Source: an uncultured Alphaproteobacteria bacterium (lineage in GTDB: Bacteria > Pseudomonadota > Alphaproteobacteria > RF32 > CAG-239). Taken from it: a stretch of 64,000 nt of DNA. This document shows, one piece after another, positions 21,421-31,583 of the stretch (position 1 is its first letter; each line of letters begins with the position of its first letter). The position numbers and the translations under genes were made by a program. The stretch covers positions 30,218 to 94,217 of the forward strand of contig CAKQRZ010000006.1 of NCBI GenBank assembly GCA_934271715.1. The letters are read 5' to 3'. A model generated the notes under the pieces. The model was not told the DNA's origin. It made no database searches and saw only the letters and a list, made by a program, of their open reading frames with translations.

Positions 21421-24400
21421 TTTTGCCTTTCACTTTTTTGTGGTCGGTAATAGTTTGGATTAAGATATACATCAACGGAATGAATACCAATCCGGCCAAT
21501 GTACCGACAACCATACCCGTAAACACAGGCACGCCCACGGCCACACGGCTTCCTGCCGATGCGCCTGTCGCCCATACCAACGGAGCCACACCCAAGATAA
21601 AGGTGCAGGCAGTCATCAGCACGGCGCGGAAACGTTCACGCGTACCATACAAAGCAGATGTCAAAATCGACTTGCCATCCATGTGTGCTTCACGGGCAAA
21701 TTCCACAATCAAAATCGCGTTTTTAGCGGCCAGACCAACCAGCAGCACCAAACCCAATTGAGCGTAAATACTCAAAGACATGTTGGTGGCAAACAAGCCG
21801 CAGGTTGCGCCCAGCATAGCCGTCAAAACCGACAGCATAACGGCAAGCGGAATCATCCAGCTTTCATATTGCGCCACCATGAACAAATATGCAAACAAAG
21901 CGGCAAATGCGATAATGTAGAAAATTTGTCCCTGGTTGTTTTTTTCTTGCAAGCTGGTGCCAGACCAAGCATAGGTATAGCCTTTAGGCAAAGTCTGAGT
22001 AGCCAAATCTTCCAAAGCCTGCATTGCCTCACCAGAGCTATATCCGCTGGCAGCAACTGCGTTTACGGTTGCAGCCGGATATTGGTTGTAGCGGTCGATA
22101 CCTCGCGGCAGCAGAACAGTCTTCATCTTAATCAAACTTCCAAGCGGTACCATTTCTCCTTTGCCGCTCTGAACATAGATTTTGTTCAGGCTGTCAAGGT
22201 CTTTACGATACTTCCAGTCGGCTTGAATTTTAACTTTGTTCACTTGAGTTCCGAGGTTAATATCATTGATATGCGAAGAACCTATATATGTTTGCAAGGT
22301 GCTGTAAATATCACCCACGGCAACACCGAGCGATTCGGCTTTTTCACGGTCAATTTCAATATAAGCGTGCGGAGTTTGCGCGTTAAAGGTTGAATAAGCC
22401 AATGAAATTTGCGGCAAAGCCATAGCCTGACGCGTAAACGCATTTACCGTTTTTTCCAAGTCTTTCATATCGGTATTGTCAACGGCCTGAATTTTGAAGT
22501 CCATAGCGTTGGTAGAACCCAAACCCGGAATAGCCGGCATTTCAAACATTTGAATCTTTGCTTCCGAAAAGTTTGAAACACGAGCCATCAGGTTGCGCAA
22601 AACATTGGTGGAATACATATCATCGCCTTTACGCTCAGCCCAGTTTTTGAGCGAGATAACGGCAAAGCCTACGTTTTCACCCTGACCGGCCATGATACTG
22701 AAACCTTCCATTGTCATCACGGATTCAATTGCCGGATGGTCTTTGATGGCTTCCAGCATTTTTTCATTTACAGCTTTCGTTCTGACGTTTGAAGCGCCTT
22801 CAGGCAGCTGCACGTTCACCATGATAATACCCTGGTCTTCATCAGGCAAGAAAGATGTCGGAGTGATTTTGATAAAAAATGCATTTAAGGTAAACAAAAT
22901 CAAAAGCATAAACACAATTACGCTTATTTTTCGCCCGATATAGCCGACAGCCACCAGATATTTATTGGTTGTTCCCTGAATAAAGCGGTTGAACCACCCC
23001 AAAAATCCGGTTTCTTTTTGTTCAAACGGACGTAAGAATGTTGCCGATAATGCCGGTGACAAAGTCAATGCGTTTACGGCAGAAAAACCTACGGCAAAGG
23101 CAATGGTAATGGCGAATTGCTGATAAATTTTACCGGTAATACCGCCCATGAAGGCGATTGGTACGAAAATTGCCAGCAATACCAAAGTAGTGGCTACAAC
23201 GGCGCTGGAAACTTGGCTCATCGCTTTTATGGCAGCCTCTTTGGCTTTCAGTTTTTCTTCTTGCATCAGGGCAAGTGTACGTTCAACAACCACGATGGCG
23301 TCATCAACCACCAGACCAATAGCCAGCACCAAACCGAACAAGGTCAAAATGTTTAAGTTAAATCCCAGAGTTTTCATCATGGCGAATGTGGCTAAGATAG
23401 ACACCGGAATAGCTATTGACGGCACCAAAGTTGCGCGCCAGTCTTGCAAAAAGACATAGCAAACCAACACCACCAACAAGAATGTCAAAAACAATGTGAA
23501 GAACACTTCTTCAATAGAAGCAGAAATAAATTCTGTCGTATCCTTAAAGATTTTTACTTCCAAATCTTCTGGATAAAAACGTTCCAATTTAGCCAGTTCA
23601 GCGCGGACGGCTTTCATAGCGTTAATGGAGTTGGCGCCAGAAGATTTGTTAATCATAATAGACACAGCCGGCTGTCCGTCAACGGTTGAGTTCATCAAAT
23701 AGTCTTCCGAACCCAGTTCTACGCGAGCAATATCTTTCAGGCGAACCAATCCGCCTTCTTCGGCCGTGCGCACAATGATATTTTCAAAATCTTTCGGGTC
23801 GTTCAAGCGGCCTTGAGTTTCCAATGAATATACCAAAACTTGCTTGCCGTCGCCCGGAGCCGAACCGATAGAACCTAAAGAAGGCTGAACGTTTTGGCTG
23901 GTAATGGCTGCTTTAATGGCGGAAATCGGAATATTTAGGGCGGCGACTTTGTCGGCGTCAATCCATACGCGCATACTTGTTGCCGAACCCATAATATTAA
24001 CTTCGCCCACACCATAGGCACGGCTCAAAGCAATTTTAATATTATTTTCAACGTAATTATTTAAGTAGTTGCTGTCGTATGTACCTTTTGGAGATGTTAC
24101 CTGCATAAACGCCAAAATATCTGAAGAACGGCGTTCCACGGTTACACCATAGGTTTGCACTTCTGACGGCAGAGAACTCAATGCCTGCTGCACGCGGTTT
24201 TGCACTTTTACTTGGTCCAAATCAGGGTCTGTGCCGGTTTCAAAGGCAATAGACAGCTGATAAGCGCCGGAGTTATAAGAAGAAGATGACATATACAGCA
24301 TATTTTCAATACCGTTAATGTTCTTTTCCAGCGGAATACCAACGTTTTTAGCAACGGTTTCAGCACTTGCGCCGACGTATACTGTAGATACACGGATTTC

Positions 24401-24526
24401 CGGAGGTGCAATTTCCGGATACATGCCGATAGGCATTGTAAACACCGAAACCAAGCCGGCCAATGCCATAACAATAGCGATTACTACGGCAAAGCGAGGT
24501 CTTTCAATAAAAAACTTAGAAAACAT
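21401..24526 (-). CDS. RND multidrug efflux transporter, AcrB/HAE1 family
   Basis: 1041 aa starting FFIERPRFA, with 12-TM RND architecture. Confidence 0.95.
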   Translation of the reverse strand: MFSKFFIERPRFAVVIAIVMALAGLVSVFTMPIGMYPEIAPPEIRVSTVYVGASAETVAKNVGIPLEKNINGIENMLYMSSSSYNSGAYQLSIAFETGTDPDLDQVKVQNRVQQALSSLPSEVQTYGVTVERRSSDILAFMQVTSPKGTYDSNYLNNYVENNIKIALSRAYGVGEVNIMGSATSMRVWIDADKVAALNIPISAIKAAITSQNVQPSLGSIGSAPGDGKQVLVYSLETQGRLNDPKDFENIIVRTAEEGGLVRLKDIARVELGSEDYLMNSTVDGQPAVSIMINKSSGANSINAMKAVRAELAKLERFYPEDLEVKIFKDTTEFISASIEEVFFTLFLTFLLVVLVCYVFLQDWRATLVPSIAIPVSILATFAMMKTLGFNLNILTLFGLVLAIGLVVDDAIVVVERTLALMQEEKLKAKEAAIKAMSQVSSAVVATTLVLLAIFVPIAFMGGITGKIYQQFAITIAFAVGFSAVNALTLSPALSATFLRPFEQKETGFLGWFNRFIQGTTNKYLVAVGYIGRKISVIVFMLLILFTLNAFFIKITPTSFLPDEDQGIIMVNVQLPEGASNVRTKAVNEKMLEAIKDHPAIESVMTMEGFSIMAGQGENVGFAVISLKNWAERKGDDMYSTNVLRNLMARVSNFSEAKIQMFEMPAIPGLGSTNAMDFKIQAVDNTDMKDLEKTVNAFTRQAMALPQISLAYSTFNAQTPHAYIEIDREKAESLGVAVGDIYSTLQTYIGSSHINDINLGTQVNKVKIQADWKYRKDLDSLNKIYVQSGKGEMVPLGSLIKMKTVLLPRGIDRYNQYPAATVNAVAASGYSSGEAMQALEDLATQTLPKGYTYAWSGTSLQEKNNQGQIFYIIAFAALFAYLFMVAQYESWMIPLAVMLSVLTAMLGATCGLFATNMSLSIYAQLGLVLLVGLAAKNAILIVEFAREAHMDGKSILTSALYGTRERFRAVLMTACTFILGVAPLVWATGASAGSRVAVGVPVFTGMVVGTLAGLVFIPLMYILIQTITDHKKVKGKNAESKN

Positions 24527-24543
24527 TTTTCTTTTATCCTATT

Positions 24544-25719
24544 TTATTTTTCTAACAAACCGACCTTAATCGGAGAGTTGTTTTGAATTTTTACATTACC
24601 GGAAACGACAATCATTTCACCTTCTTTTAATCCGTTGATAATGACTTGTTCGTTTTCGTTAATAGTGTCGCCCAAAACCACTCGGCGTTGTTCTGCTACA
24701 CCATGCAAATCGTTTTCTTTACTTTTGCTTTCATCAATTTTGGCAATATAAACAAATGCTCCGTCGGTGTCATAGTTTAGTGCAGATTGAGGAACAACAA
24801 TAGAATGTATCGGTTTGCCGGTTAAAATTGCAGACTGAACGTAGTTTCCCGGAATTAGTTTTTGGTCAGAATTGTCAACATCTACAAAAATAGAAACAGT
24901 AGCGGTAGCCGAGTTGATTTCATTGTTTAAGAATTTATCTACAACTTTTTCATCAATTACTTCGCCATCGGCCAAAGTAATGCGAGCGGTTAAATCTTCA
25001 GCTTTATGACCCATCTTTTTAACTTGCAAAACTTCTTTGTCCGTCAAAGAAAAAGAAATTCTCATCGGGCTGATTTGCACGATTTTTGCCAATACCTGAT
25101 TGGAGGCAACAACATAGTTTCCTTTGGTTACCAAAGCTTTACCGATGCGGCCGCTGATTGGCGCTGTTACTTTTGTGTTGTCCAAATCAATTTTAGCCAC
25201 ATCTAAGTTGGCCTGAGCTTCTTCAACTGAGGCTTTAGCTTGTAAATATCCGCTTTGAGAAGAGTCAAAAGTTGCTTTGGATGCAAATTTTTCACTGCTC
25301 AATTTTACCTGACGGTTGTAGTCGCGCTCAGCTCTTACCAAGTTTGCTTTGGCGCTGTCTAGTCTTGCTTTTGCCAAATCATAGGCGGCCTGATATTTAG
25401 AAGGGTCTATTTCAAACAAAACATCGCCTTCGTTTACAAGCTTGCCTTCTTGGAACAATACCTTTTCTACCGTGCCGGTAACTTGCGGCAAAATGTTTAC
25501 TTCGTTTATTGTTTCAACATATGAAATTTTGGTTTGAGCCGAAGTGATATCTTTTGTTTCGCTTTTTTGCGCCAAGACATAAACTTCTCCCATTCCATAG
25601 CCCATTCCCTGAGCAGATGGAGACAAGCGTCCTTTTAAATACCAACCGATAGAAATGCACACCAATAAGATTGCAATTCTAACAATGGCTCCTTTAATGT
25701 TTGGAGAACTAATTTTCAT
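24544..25719 (-). CDS. RND efflux membrane fusion protein (AcrA-like)
   Basis: 391 aa with an N-terminal anchor, coiled-coil hairpin and beta-barrel pattern. Lies directly upstream of the RND pump. Confidence 0.9.
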   Translation of the reverse strand: MKISSPNIKGAIVRIAILLVCISIGWYLKGRLSPSAQGMGYGMGEVYVLAQKSETKDITSAQTKISYVETINEVNILPQVTGTVEKVLFQEGKLVNEGDVLFEIDPSKYQAAYDLAKARLDSAKANLVRAERDYNRQVKLSSEKFASKATFDSSQSGYLQAKASVEEAQANLDVAKIDLDNTKVTAPISGRIGKALVTKGNYVVASNQVLAKIVQISPMRISFSLTDKEVLQVKKMGHKAEDLTARITLADGEVIDEKVVDKFLNNEINSATATVSIFVDVDNSDQKLIPGNYVQSAILTGKPIHSIVVPQSALNYDTDGAFVYIAKIDESKSKENDLHGVAEQRRVVLGDTINENEQVIINGLKEGEMIVVSGNVKIQNNSPIKVGLLEK

Positions 25720-26344
25720 TGTTTACACCTTCCGTTTTTATACTGTTAAAAATTAAATTAAATCCTTGTCTTACAATTTGTTCAAAATCCAAAGTCATCC
25801 GTTTTGCCAAATAGTTTTCTAAAAGCCCCATCCACATGGCTTGCAGAATTTCCGTGATGCTTTCTACATCTGTATCGTCTTTTATTTTTTTGTTTTTTTT
25901 GAGTTTCAACAAAGTGTCTGTCATAAGTTTGCGAGAAATCTCGCTGGTTTGTTCCACCAAAGGGCGGATTTTTACCAAAATAGCTTCGCTCCATTCCATT
26001 TGACAGGTAATAAAAAAGATAAATTTATATTCAAGCGGATTTTTTTTCATGTGATGATAAGCAAGCAGCATCATGTCAGCCAAAATATCCAAATTTTCTT
26101 CTTCTTTACCGGCACGAAATTCTTCAAGTCGTTTTATATGTTTCTGCACAAAATCATTGATTAGTGCAGCTACAATATCCGGCTTGTTGCGAAAATACCA
26201 ATAAACCGCGCCTTTAGTCAAATTTATGCGTTTGGCGATTTCATCAAAAGTGGTTTTTGAATAGCCTTTTTCATAAAAAATATCCATGGCGGATTCTAAA
26301 ATCGCCTGTCTGGTTTGCTCTGCATCTTCTTTTGTTCTGCGCAT
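25709..26344 (-). CDS. TetR/AcrR family transcriptional regulator
   Basis: N-terminal HTH segment GYSKTTFDEIAKRINLTKGAVYWYFRNK. First gene of the efflux operon. Confidence 0.9.
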   Translation of the reverse strand: MRRTKEDAEQTRQAILESAMDIFYEKGYSKTTFDEIAKRINLTKGAVYWYFRNKPDIVAALINDFVQKHIKRLEEFRAGKEEENLDILADMMLLAYHHMKKNPLEYKFIFFITCQMEWSEAILVKIRPLVEQTSEISRKLMTDTLLKLKKNKKIKDDTDVESITEILQAMWMGLLENYLAKRMTLDFEQIVRQGFNLIFNSIKTEGVNNEN

Positions 26345-26369
26345 TGCGGATATACCTTTGATTTATATT

Positions 26370-26439
26370 ATACCAAATGGTATGTATAAAACAAAATTCA
26401 AAAACTTCAATATTTTTTTTATACATTCAGGTATGTATA
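26370..26439. promoter_or_regulatory. candidate TetR operator region
   Basis: Palindrome ATACCAaaTGGTAT (26370-83) and inverted repeat TATACA-n8-TGTATA (26420-39). The decamer ggtatgtata occurs twice (26379-88, 26430-39). Confidence 0.45.
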
Positions 26440-26461
26440 TTTATTAAAAACTTATTAAATT

Positions 26462-27511
26462 TTATTGCTGAACGGCCCACGAAGGCAATTGGCGTCCTCT
26501 CTTGTCCAGATTGCGCGGAGCGCTTACGGTTTCCGCCTTAGGCTCCGGCGCTGCTTCATCATCATCTGCAACCGCAGCCTGAGCATCCAGCTCGGTAGAA
26601 ATACGGCGTTTCAGCGGAGTAATGGTCTGCCCCTCTTCTTCGCCGCCGTCATCATTATCAGCGACCTCCCACATTTCTTCATCCAAAACCGAAACTGAAG
26701 CCTGCAGAATACCCTGCAGAGATGTCTCAAACGCCTCATTATAAAATTGGATGCACACATCAAATGAAGCCGGATTTTTAGGATTTGCCGTTTTCTGCAC
26801 ATAAGCAGTCAGCGAACACATGCGGTTGCGAAAAGCCACCCAGCTGTCAAACATATCCATTAAGTTGCCGTTTTTAATATCCGGTCCGTTATTCCATTTA
26901 GAAGTCCGATGATTTTCCATTACCGTTGCCAGATTATTTTTGATACGCTTGGTTGTAAATTCAATTTCTTCTTTCAGGCATTCATCAGCCGGTTTCTTTT
27001 CTTTTATACAGCCCTCATAGCCAAAATTGTGGTCCAGCTCCAAATAAGCATTGCCGCCGGAAACGTTCGGCAGCTGCTTTGGATAGCTGTTCGGACTGAG
27101 TGTATATAAAAGCTGATTCAGATAGTCTTGATGGTTAAAATTTTGAAAAAGCGTGCAGGCAATTTTAGGATCTACTATCGGACCGGTATATTTAGCCGCC
27201 GCGGCATTCAAAGAGCAGATGCGGTTGCGGAACGCCGTCCAGCTTTCGTACATATCGCGCAGCATGTCGCGGTTAGCCTCAAAAGAACCGTTCCAACCGA
27301 TTAAGCGTTTATCCGCCAAAAGATTTTTATATAAAATTTTTATATCGCGCAAAGCCCGCTGGCTTTCGTCTTTAGCACAGGCATCCATGCCGCCGGAAAG
27401 CTGCACGCAGCGGTCAAACTCTTCATCATCCAAATAATCCGGATATACAAATTCATCAGCCTTTGCCTGCTGAGCGCCCAATAAAAACAGTAATAACAAC
27501 AAAATTTTCAT
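26462..27511 (-). CDS. secreted protein with two DUF1311 (LprI-like) domains
   Basis: Signal peptide, then the duplicated motif W(T/V)AFRNR(I/M)CSL with conserved Cys pairs. Confidence 0.7.
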   Translation of the reverse strand: MKILLLLLFLLGAQQAKADEFVYPDYLDDEEFDRCVQLSGGMDACAKDESQRALRDIKILYKNLLADKRLIGWNGSFEANRDMLRDMYESWTAFRNRICSLNAAAAKYTGPIVDPKIACTLFQNFNHQDYLNQLLYTLSPNSYPKQLPNVSGGNAYLELDHNFGYEGCIKEKKPADECLKEEIEFTTKRIKNNLATVMENHRTSKWNNGPDIKNGNLMDMFDSWVAFRNRMCSLTAYVQKTANPKNPASFDVCIQFYNEAFETSLQGILQASVSVLDEEMWEVADNDDGGEEEGQTITPLKRRISTELDAQAAVADDDEAAPEPKAETVSAPRNLDKRGRQLPSWAVQQ

Positions 27512-27571
27512 CTAAAAAACCTTTCAGCTGTCTATATAATAATAAATTAGCGCAAAAAAGTAAAGACTATC

Positions 27572-28321
27572 TTAAATAATATCTTCAAAACCGCAGCCGG
27601 CGCGCAAAATTTTTTGAGCCTGTCCGCTGTAGCTGCCGTCGGCCGCATGCATTACAAACGGCGGCAGAATCCGGCACGGCGCCTTAGAATCTTTCTGCGC
27701 GGAAATTAAAATGCGCTTGGCATTTTGCCCAGCCTTGGAATAAACCGGCAGAATCCGCATATTTCCGGCTCGGCCTTGCAGAATATGGCAGATTTTCGGC
27801 AGAGCCTCGGCGCGGTTCACCATATAAATCTGCCCGAACGGCTTAGCCATTTTCAGGCAAAAATCCAGCCAATGCTGCAAATCAAAATCCGCATGGTTAT
27901 GCGCCGCCGCCTTGCTTTTGTTCGGAGACGGCATATCGCTTTCGCTATAGGGCGGATTGCTTACCACCGCTTCAAAAGAACACGGCGTCAGGCTATTGGC
28001 TTTGGTACCCAGACGGATGTCGGCATTTTGATATTTAAGATTTGCAAAACCGTTTTCCTGAGCGCTGAAATTGGAAAGTTCCGCCAGCTCCGGCTGCAAT
28101 TCCAGCCCCAGAATCTGCGGGGACAATCCGGCATAGCGTTCATATAAGCACAATGAAACCGCTCCGGTTCCCGAACCGACATCCAAAATTTTTCCGCCGC
28201 GGAATCCGCTGACAAAAGCCGCCAGCAGCACCGCGTCTGAAGAAGCCCGATAGCCGTCAGCCGGTTGGAAAATTTTTACTTTTTTATCAAGCAAATAGTC
28301 AGATGTATATTCCGGCAGCAT
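27572..28321 (-). CDS. SAM-dependent N6-adenine methyltransferase, tRNA1(Val) m6A37 (TrmN6/YfiC)-like
   Basis: DVGSGTGAVS SAM motif and the NPPY catalytic motif (VVSNPPYSE). Confidence 0.7.
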   Translation of the reverse strand: MLPEYTSDYLLDKKVKIFQPADGYRASSDAVLLAAFVSGFRGGKILDVGSGTGAVSLCLYERYAGLSPQILGLELQPELAELSNFSAQENGFANLKYQNADIRLGTKANSLTPCSFEAVVSNPPYSESDMPSPNKSKAAAHNHADFDLQHWLDFCLKMAKPFGQIYMVNRAEALPKICHILQGRAGNMRILPVYSKAGQNAKRILISAQKDSKAPCRILPPFVMHAADGSYSGQAQKILRAGCGFEDII

Positions 28322-28386
28322 AATCTTTCCTTATATAAAAAAACTCAGGAGGCAAACTCCTGAGCCGTATTTTTCAAACAATCAAA

Positions 28387-28626
28387 TCAGTCGTTTGCGT
28401 TAGGGCAAACTTTAGCCTGTTCGGCATTAAATTTGATAGCAGCTTCATCTGCTTCGGCATCGCTGCAAATAGCGCTTTGCGGGCATTCAGAAATGCAAAC
28501 GCCGCAATCAATGCAGGTATCCGGATCAACAACATATTGTTCATCACTAACATGGAAAGCGCTTACCGGACAAACCGAAGCGCAAGTTCCGCATTTTACG
28601 CAGTTATTATTAACTACTGAAGGCAT
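28387..28626 (-). CDS. 2x[4Fe-4S] ferredoxin
   Basis: Two CxxCxxCxxxCP motifs (CVKCGTCASVCP, CIDCGVCISECP). Confidence 0.9.
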   Translation of the reverse strand: MPSVVNNNCVKCGTCASVCPVSAFHVSDEQYVVDPDTCIDCGVCISECPQSAICSDAEADEAAIKFNAEQAKVCPNAND

Positions 28627-28698
28627 ATTTTAATCTCCTAAAAATTTTATATCAGCAACACACAATCTAAAGCATTTCTTGATAAAAGCAAGTATTTT

Positions 28699-30504
28699 TT
28701 AGCCGCCGCGCACATTTTTATTTTGGCGGACCGCCGCGGCCATATAGTTATCACGCGTTCCGGACGGCTGCTTAAACAAGTCCGGAGCATAGTAATACGG
28801 CGGCATAATATTGGCGACACATTGTTCATTAGGCTTGGCCCGCAAAGTTTCCAACGCACCTTTAATAGCTTCGGCATCCTCTGTAAACTGCGGCATGCTG
28901 TTTTTCATTTTATAATCCGGACGGGTTTTATAGCGTCTGACTTTTTTCTTGCGCCCTTTGACAATTTCGGTCGTGACAACCGGCGTTTTTTTCATTTTTA
29001 CAGAACCATCGGCATTGACCTTGCATTTTAAGCATTGATCCAAAGTCAAGTTATAGCAGGAAGACGGCTTAAATGATTTCACCTCGCTCGGCTTCAGATG
29101 ACCGTTAAGCAGCAAATGCACTACAAACAAACGCTTAGAGATTCCGCCGTCAACATTCCAAAGCGCCATGCATTGACTCAGATATTTATTGGATTTCTGC
29201 GCATTCAAAGCCTCCAAAAATTTAGAATCGTCAAACCGATTGGCAGTTACAAAAGCAAAATTCTTGGTTGCCAGCATCTGCTTTTTATCAAGCTTAACTT
29301 TAACCAGTCCCAAGATTTTCGGCAGAATAAAAAAGTTGGCCATTCTTTCCACCTGCTGCATTCCCTGCATTTCGGTAGTGGTTTGCCCATTCTGCACATA
29401 AACGGACTTTCGGCCGTCGGCGCCGATTTTTTCCCACGGCAGCCCTTTTTCATCCAAATAATTGGTGCAGCCGTAGCCGATAGTCAAAAAGCCTTTGCCG
29501 TCATCATAGGCAGAAGCGTGGAAGTTTTCGGCAAACGCCACAAAAATATTAAACTCGCTTTCAGTTTTTATAAACATATTCAGATTATGGCGCTGCACAT
29601 CGCTGAGCTGCTCTTTACCCAAACCGCGTTCGCTTAAGAACTGCTGCACGTTTTTATCCAGAGCCTCAAAGCCGGTTTTGCTTTTAGCGCTGCGGACGGC
29701 AGCCGGTTTAGGGGAAGAATATTCGGTAATGGCATGCGACACGCTTTTTATCATTTTAGTCGGAACCATGCTGGCTTCCGCTGTGTTTTCTTTTTTATCT
29801 TTCGGAGCCGACGACTTGTAAATTCCCAGCGTCAAAAGACCGGCAATGGTCGTTGCACCAAAAGCCAGCTGGATTTTGCTGCGGTTTTTATTCCAAACTC
29901 TTTTTACCTGTTCCAGACGCTTTAGATATTTTTGGCTTATCTTTTGGAAAACCGGCACAGACAGACGCTGCAAGAATCCTGATATTTTCGGGCTTTTCTG
30001 CTTTACCATATCTTCCAGCTTAGCGGCCGAAACCATGGTTTTATCCTGATACTTTTGCAGCAGATATTCATTATATTCGGCATCCAAGCTCTTAACGCTG
30101 CCGCAGTCAACTTTAACATAGCGCTTTTGCTCCGGCTTATTTTTATTTAAGGCCATAGTCAAGCGAATCGCCTTATTATAACGCTTGTATATTTCATCGG
30201 CGATTTTAAGCTGAGCTTCCTGCTTTTGCATATTGCGCAGACGGTAAGGAGTTACAATAACTCGGTCGGCAAACCTCAGAGTCGGAATTTTGCGATAGCC
30301 GTTATCACTATATTTTGCAATTTCCTGAGATTGAGAATTTAAGTATTTACTAAACAGGGCTTTTTCAAAATTCTCGCAGTTTTCGGTTGGATTCGCATAA
30401 GCATACGGAACAATGAAGTCATATTTTCCTACTGAAATTTTAATCGGATTAAGTCTGCTGTTTTTGTATTCCTGCAATAAATAGTATTCATATTCTTGTT
30501 TCAT
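28699..30504 (-). CDS. membrane-anchored protein with GH24 (phage-type) lysozyme-like domain
   Basis: 601 aa with a single TM helix (IQLAFGATTIAGLLTLGIY). The motif ENFHASAYDDGKGFLTIGYG matches the E..x..AY.D..G..TIGYG signature of GH24 lysozymes. Confidence 0.6.
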   Translation of the reverse strand: MKQEYEYYLLQEYKNSRLNPIKISVGKYDFIVPYAYANPTENCENFEKALFSKYLNSQSQEIAKYSDNGYRKIPTLRFADRVIVTPYRLRNMQKQEAQLKIADEIYKRYNKAIRLTMALNKNKPEQKRYVKVDCGSVKSLDAEYNEYLLQKYQDKTMVSAAKLEDMVKQKSPKISGFLQRLSVPVFQKISQKYLKRLEQVKRVWNKNRSKIQLAFGATTIAGLLTLGIYKSSAPKDKKENTAEASMVPTKMIKSVSHAITEYSSPKPAAVRSAKSKTGFEALDKNVQQFLSERGLGKEQLSDVQRHNLNMFIKTESEFNIFVAFAENFHASAYDDGKGFLTIGYGCTNYLDEKGLPWEKIGADGRKSVYVQNGQTTTEMQGMQQVERMANFFILPKILGLVKVKLDKKQMLATKNFAFVTANRFDDSKFLEALNAQKSNKYLSQCMALWNVDGGISKRLFVVHLLLNGHLKPSEVKSFKPSSCYNLTLDQCLKCKVNADGSVKMKKTPVVTTEIVKGRKKKVRRYKTRPDYKMKNSMPQFTEDAEAIKGALETLRAKPNEQCVANIMPPYYYAPDLFKQPSGTRDNYMAAAVRQNKNVRGG

Positions 30505-30643
30505 ACTGTTTTCTCCGCTGTTTGAAGTCAGTATAAAACAAGATTTTTCAAAAGTCTAGCCTATTTTAGACAAAATAGATATTATTATCAGACTTGGAAT
30601 ATATCAAAACAATGCCTATTTTGTAAGGTCAGGGAGTTAAAAT

Positions 30644-31576
30644 ATGGCAGAATATAAAGCAGATGTACTGATTATCGGCTCCGGACCGGCCGGATACACG
30701 GCTGGAATATACGCCTCAAGAGCCGGACTTAAGGCGCTAATCGTAACCGGCAAAGAAACGGGCGGGCAGCTGATTCTTTCCAGCGAAGTAGACAACTATC
30801 CGGGGTTTGTGGAAACCCTGACCGGCTTTGAGCTGATGGGGAAAATGCGGCAGCAGGCCGAAAGTCGCGGCGTGCAGATGCAAGAGGACATAATTTCAGA
30901 GGTAGATTTTTTTGACCATCCGTTTACCTGCAGCTCCACCGCCGGAAATTCCTACCAATCTAAAGCCATTATCATAGCCACCGGCTCTTCGGTAAATTGG
31001 CTGGGGCTGCCGAGCGAGCAAAAATATATGGGACACGGCGTTTCCTCCTGCGCCACCTGCGACGGCTTCTTTTACCGCGGCAAAGAAGTAGCCGTAGTCG
31101 GCGGCGGCAACACGGCGGCGGAAGAAGCGCTTTATCTTTCGGCTTTTACAGACAAAGTTTATTTAATCCACCGCCGCCATTCTATGCGGGCTGATACGGT
31201 TTTGCAGCAGCGATTGCTGCAGAACCGCAAAATTGTATTGGTTTGGAATAATGTAATAGAAGAAGTGCTGGGAACCGACGAGCCGCCGGCTGTAACCGGT
31301 TTGAAAATCCGTAACGTTAAAACGGATATGCAAAAAACGCTGCATGTTTCCGGCTTGTTTGTGGCTATAGGGCATCATCCCAATACTGAGCTGTTCCGCA
31401 ATTACCTAAACCTTACACCGGGCGGTTACATTGCTACTGCTGCCAACGGCTGCCATACCAATATTAAAGGCGTGTTTGCCGCCGGAGACGTCTGCGAGCC
31501 AGAGCATCATCAAGCGGTGATTGCCGCCGGTTCCGGAGCTAAAGCCGCCCTTGAAGCCATAAAGTTTTTGCGGTAA
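30644..31576 (+). CDS. trxB: thioredoxin-disulfide reductase
   Basis: GSGPAGYTAGIY FAD motif, redox centre CATCDG, and GGGNTAAEEA NADPH motif. Confidence 0.93.
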   Translation: MAEYKADVLIIGSGPAGYTAGIYASRAGLKALIVTGKETGGQLILSSEVDNYPGFVETLTGFELMGKMRQQAESRGVQMQEDIISEVDFFDHPFTCSSTAGNSYQSKAIIIATGSSVNWLGLPSEQKYMGHGVSSCATCDGFFYRGKEVAVVGGGNTAAEEALYLSAFTDKVYLIHRRHSMRADTVLQQRLLQNRKIVLVWNNVIEEVLGTDEPPAVTGLKIRNVKTDMQKTLHVSGLFVAIGHHPNTELFRNYLNLTPGGYIATAANGCHTNIKGVFAAGDVCEPEHHQAVIAAGSGAKAALEAIKFLR

Positions 31577-31583
31577 GACTGTA

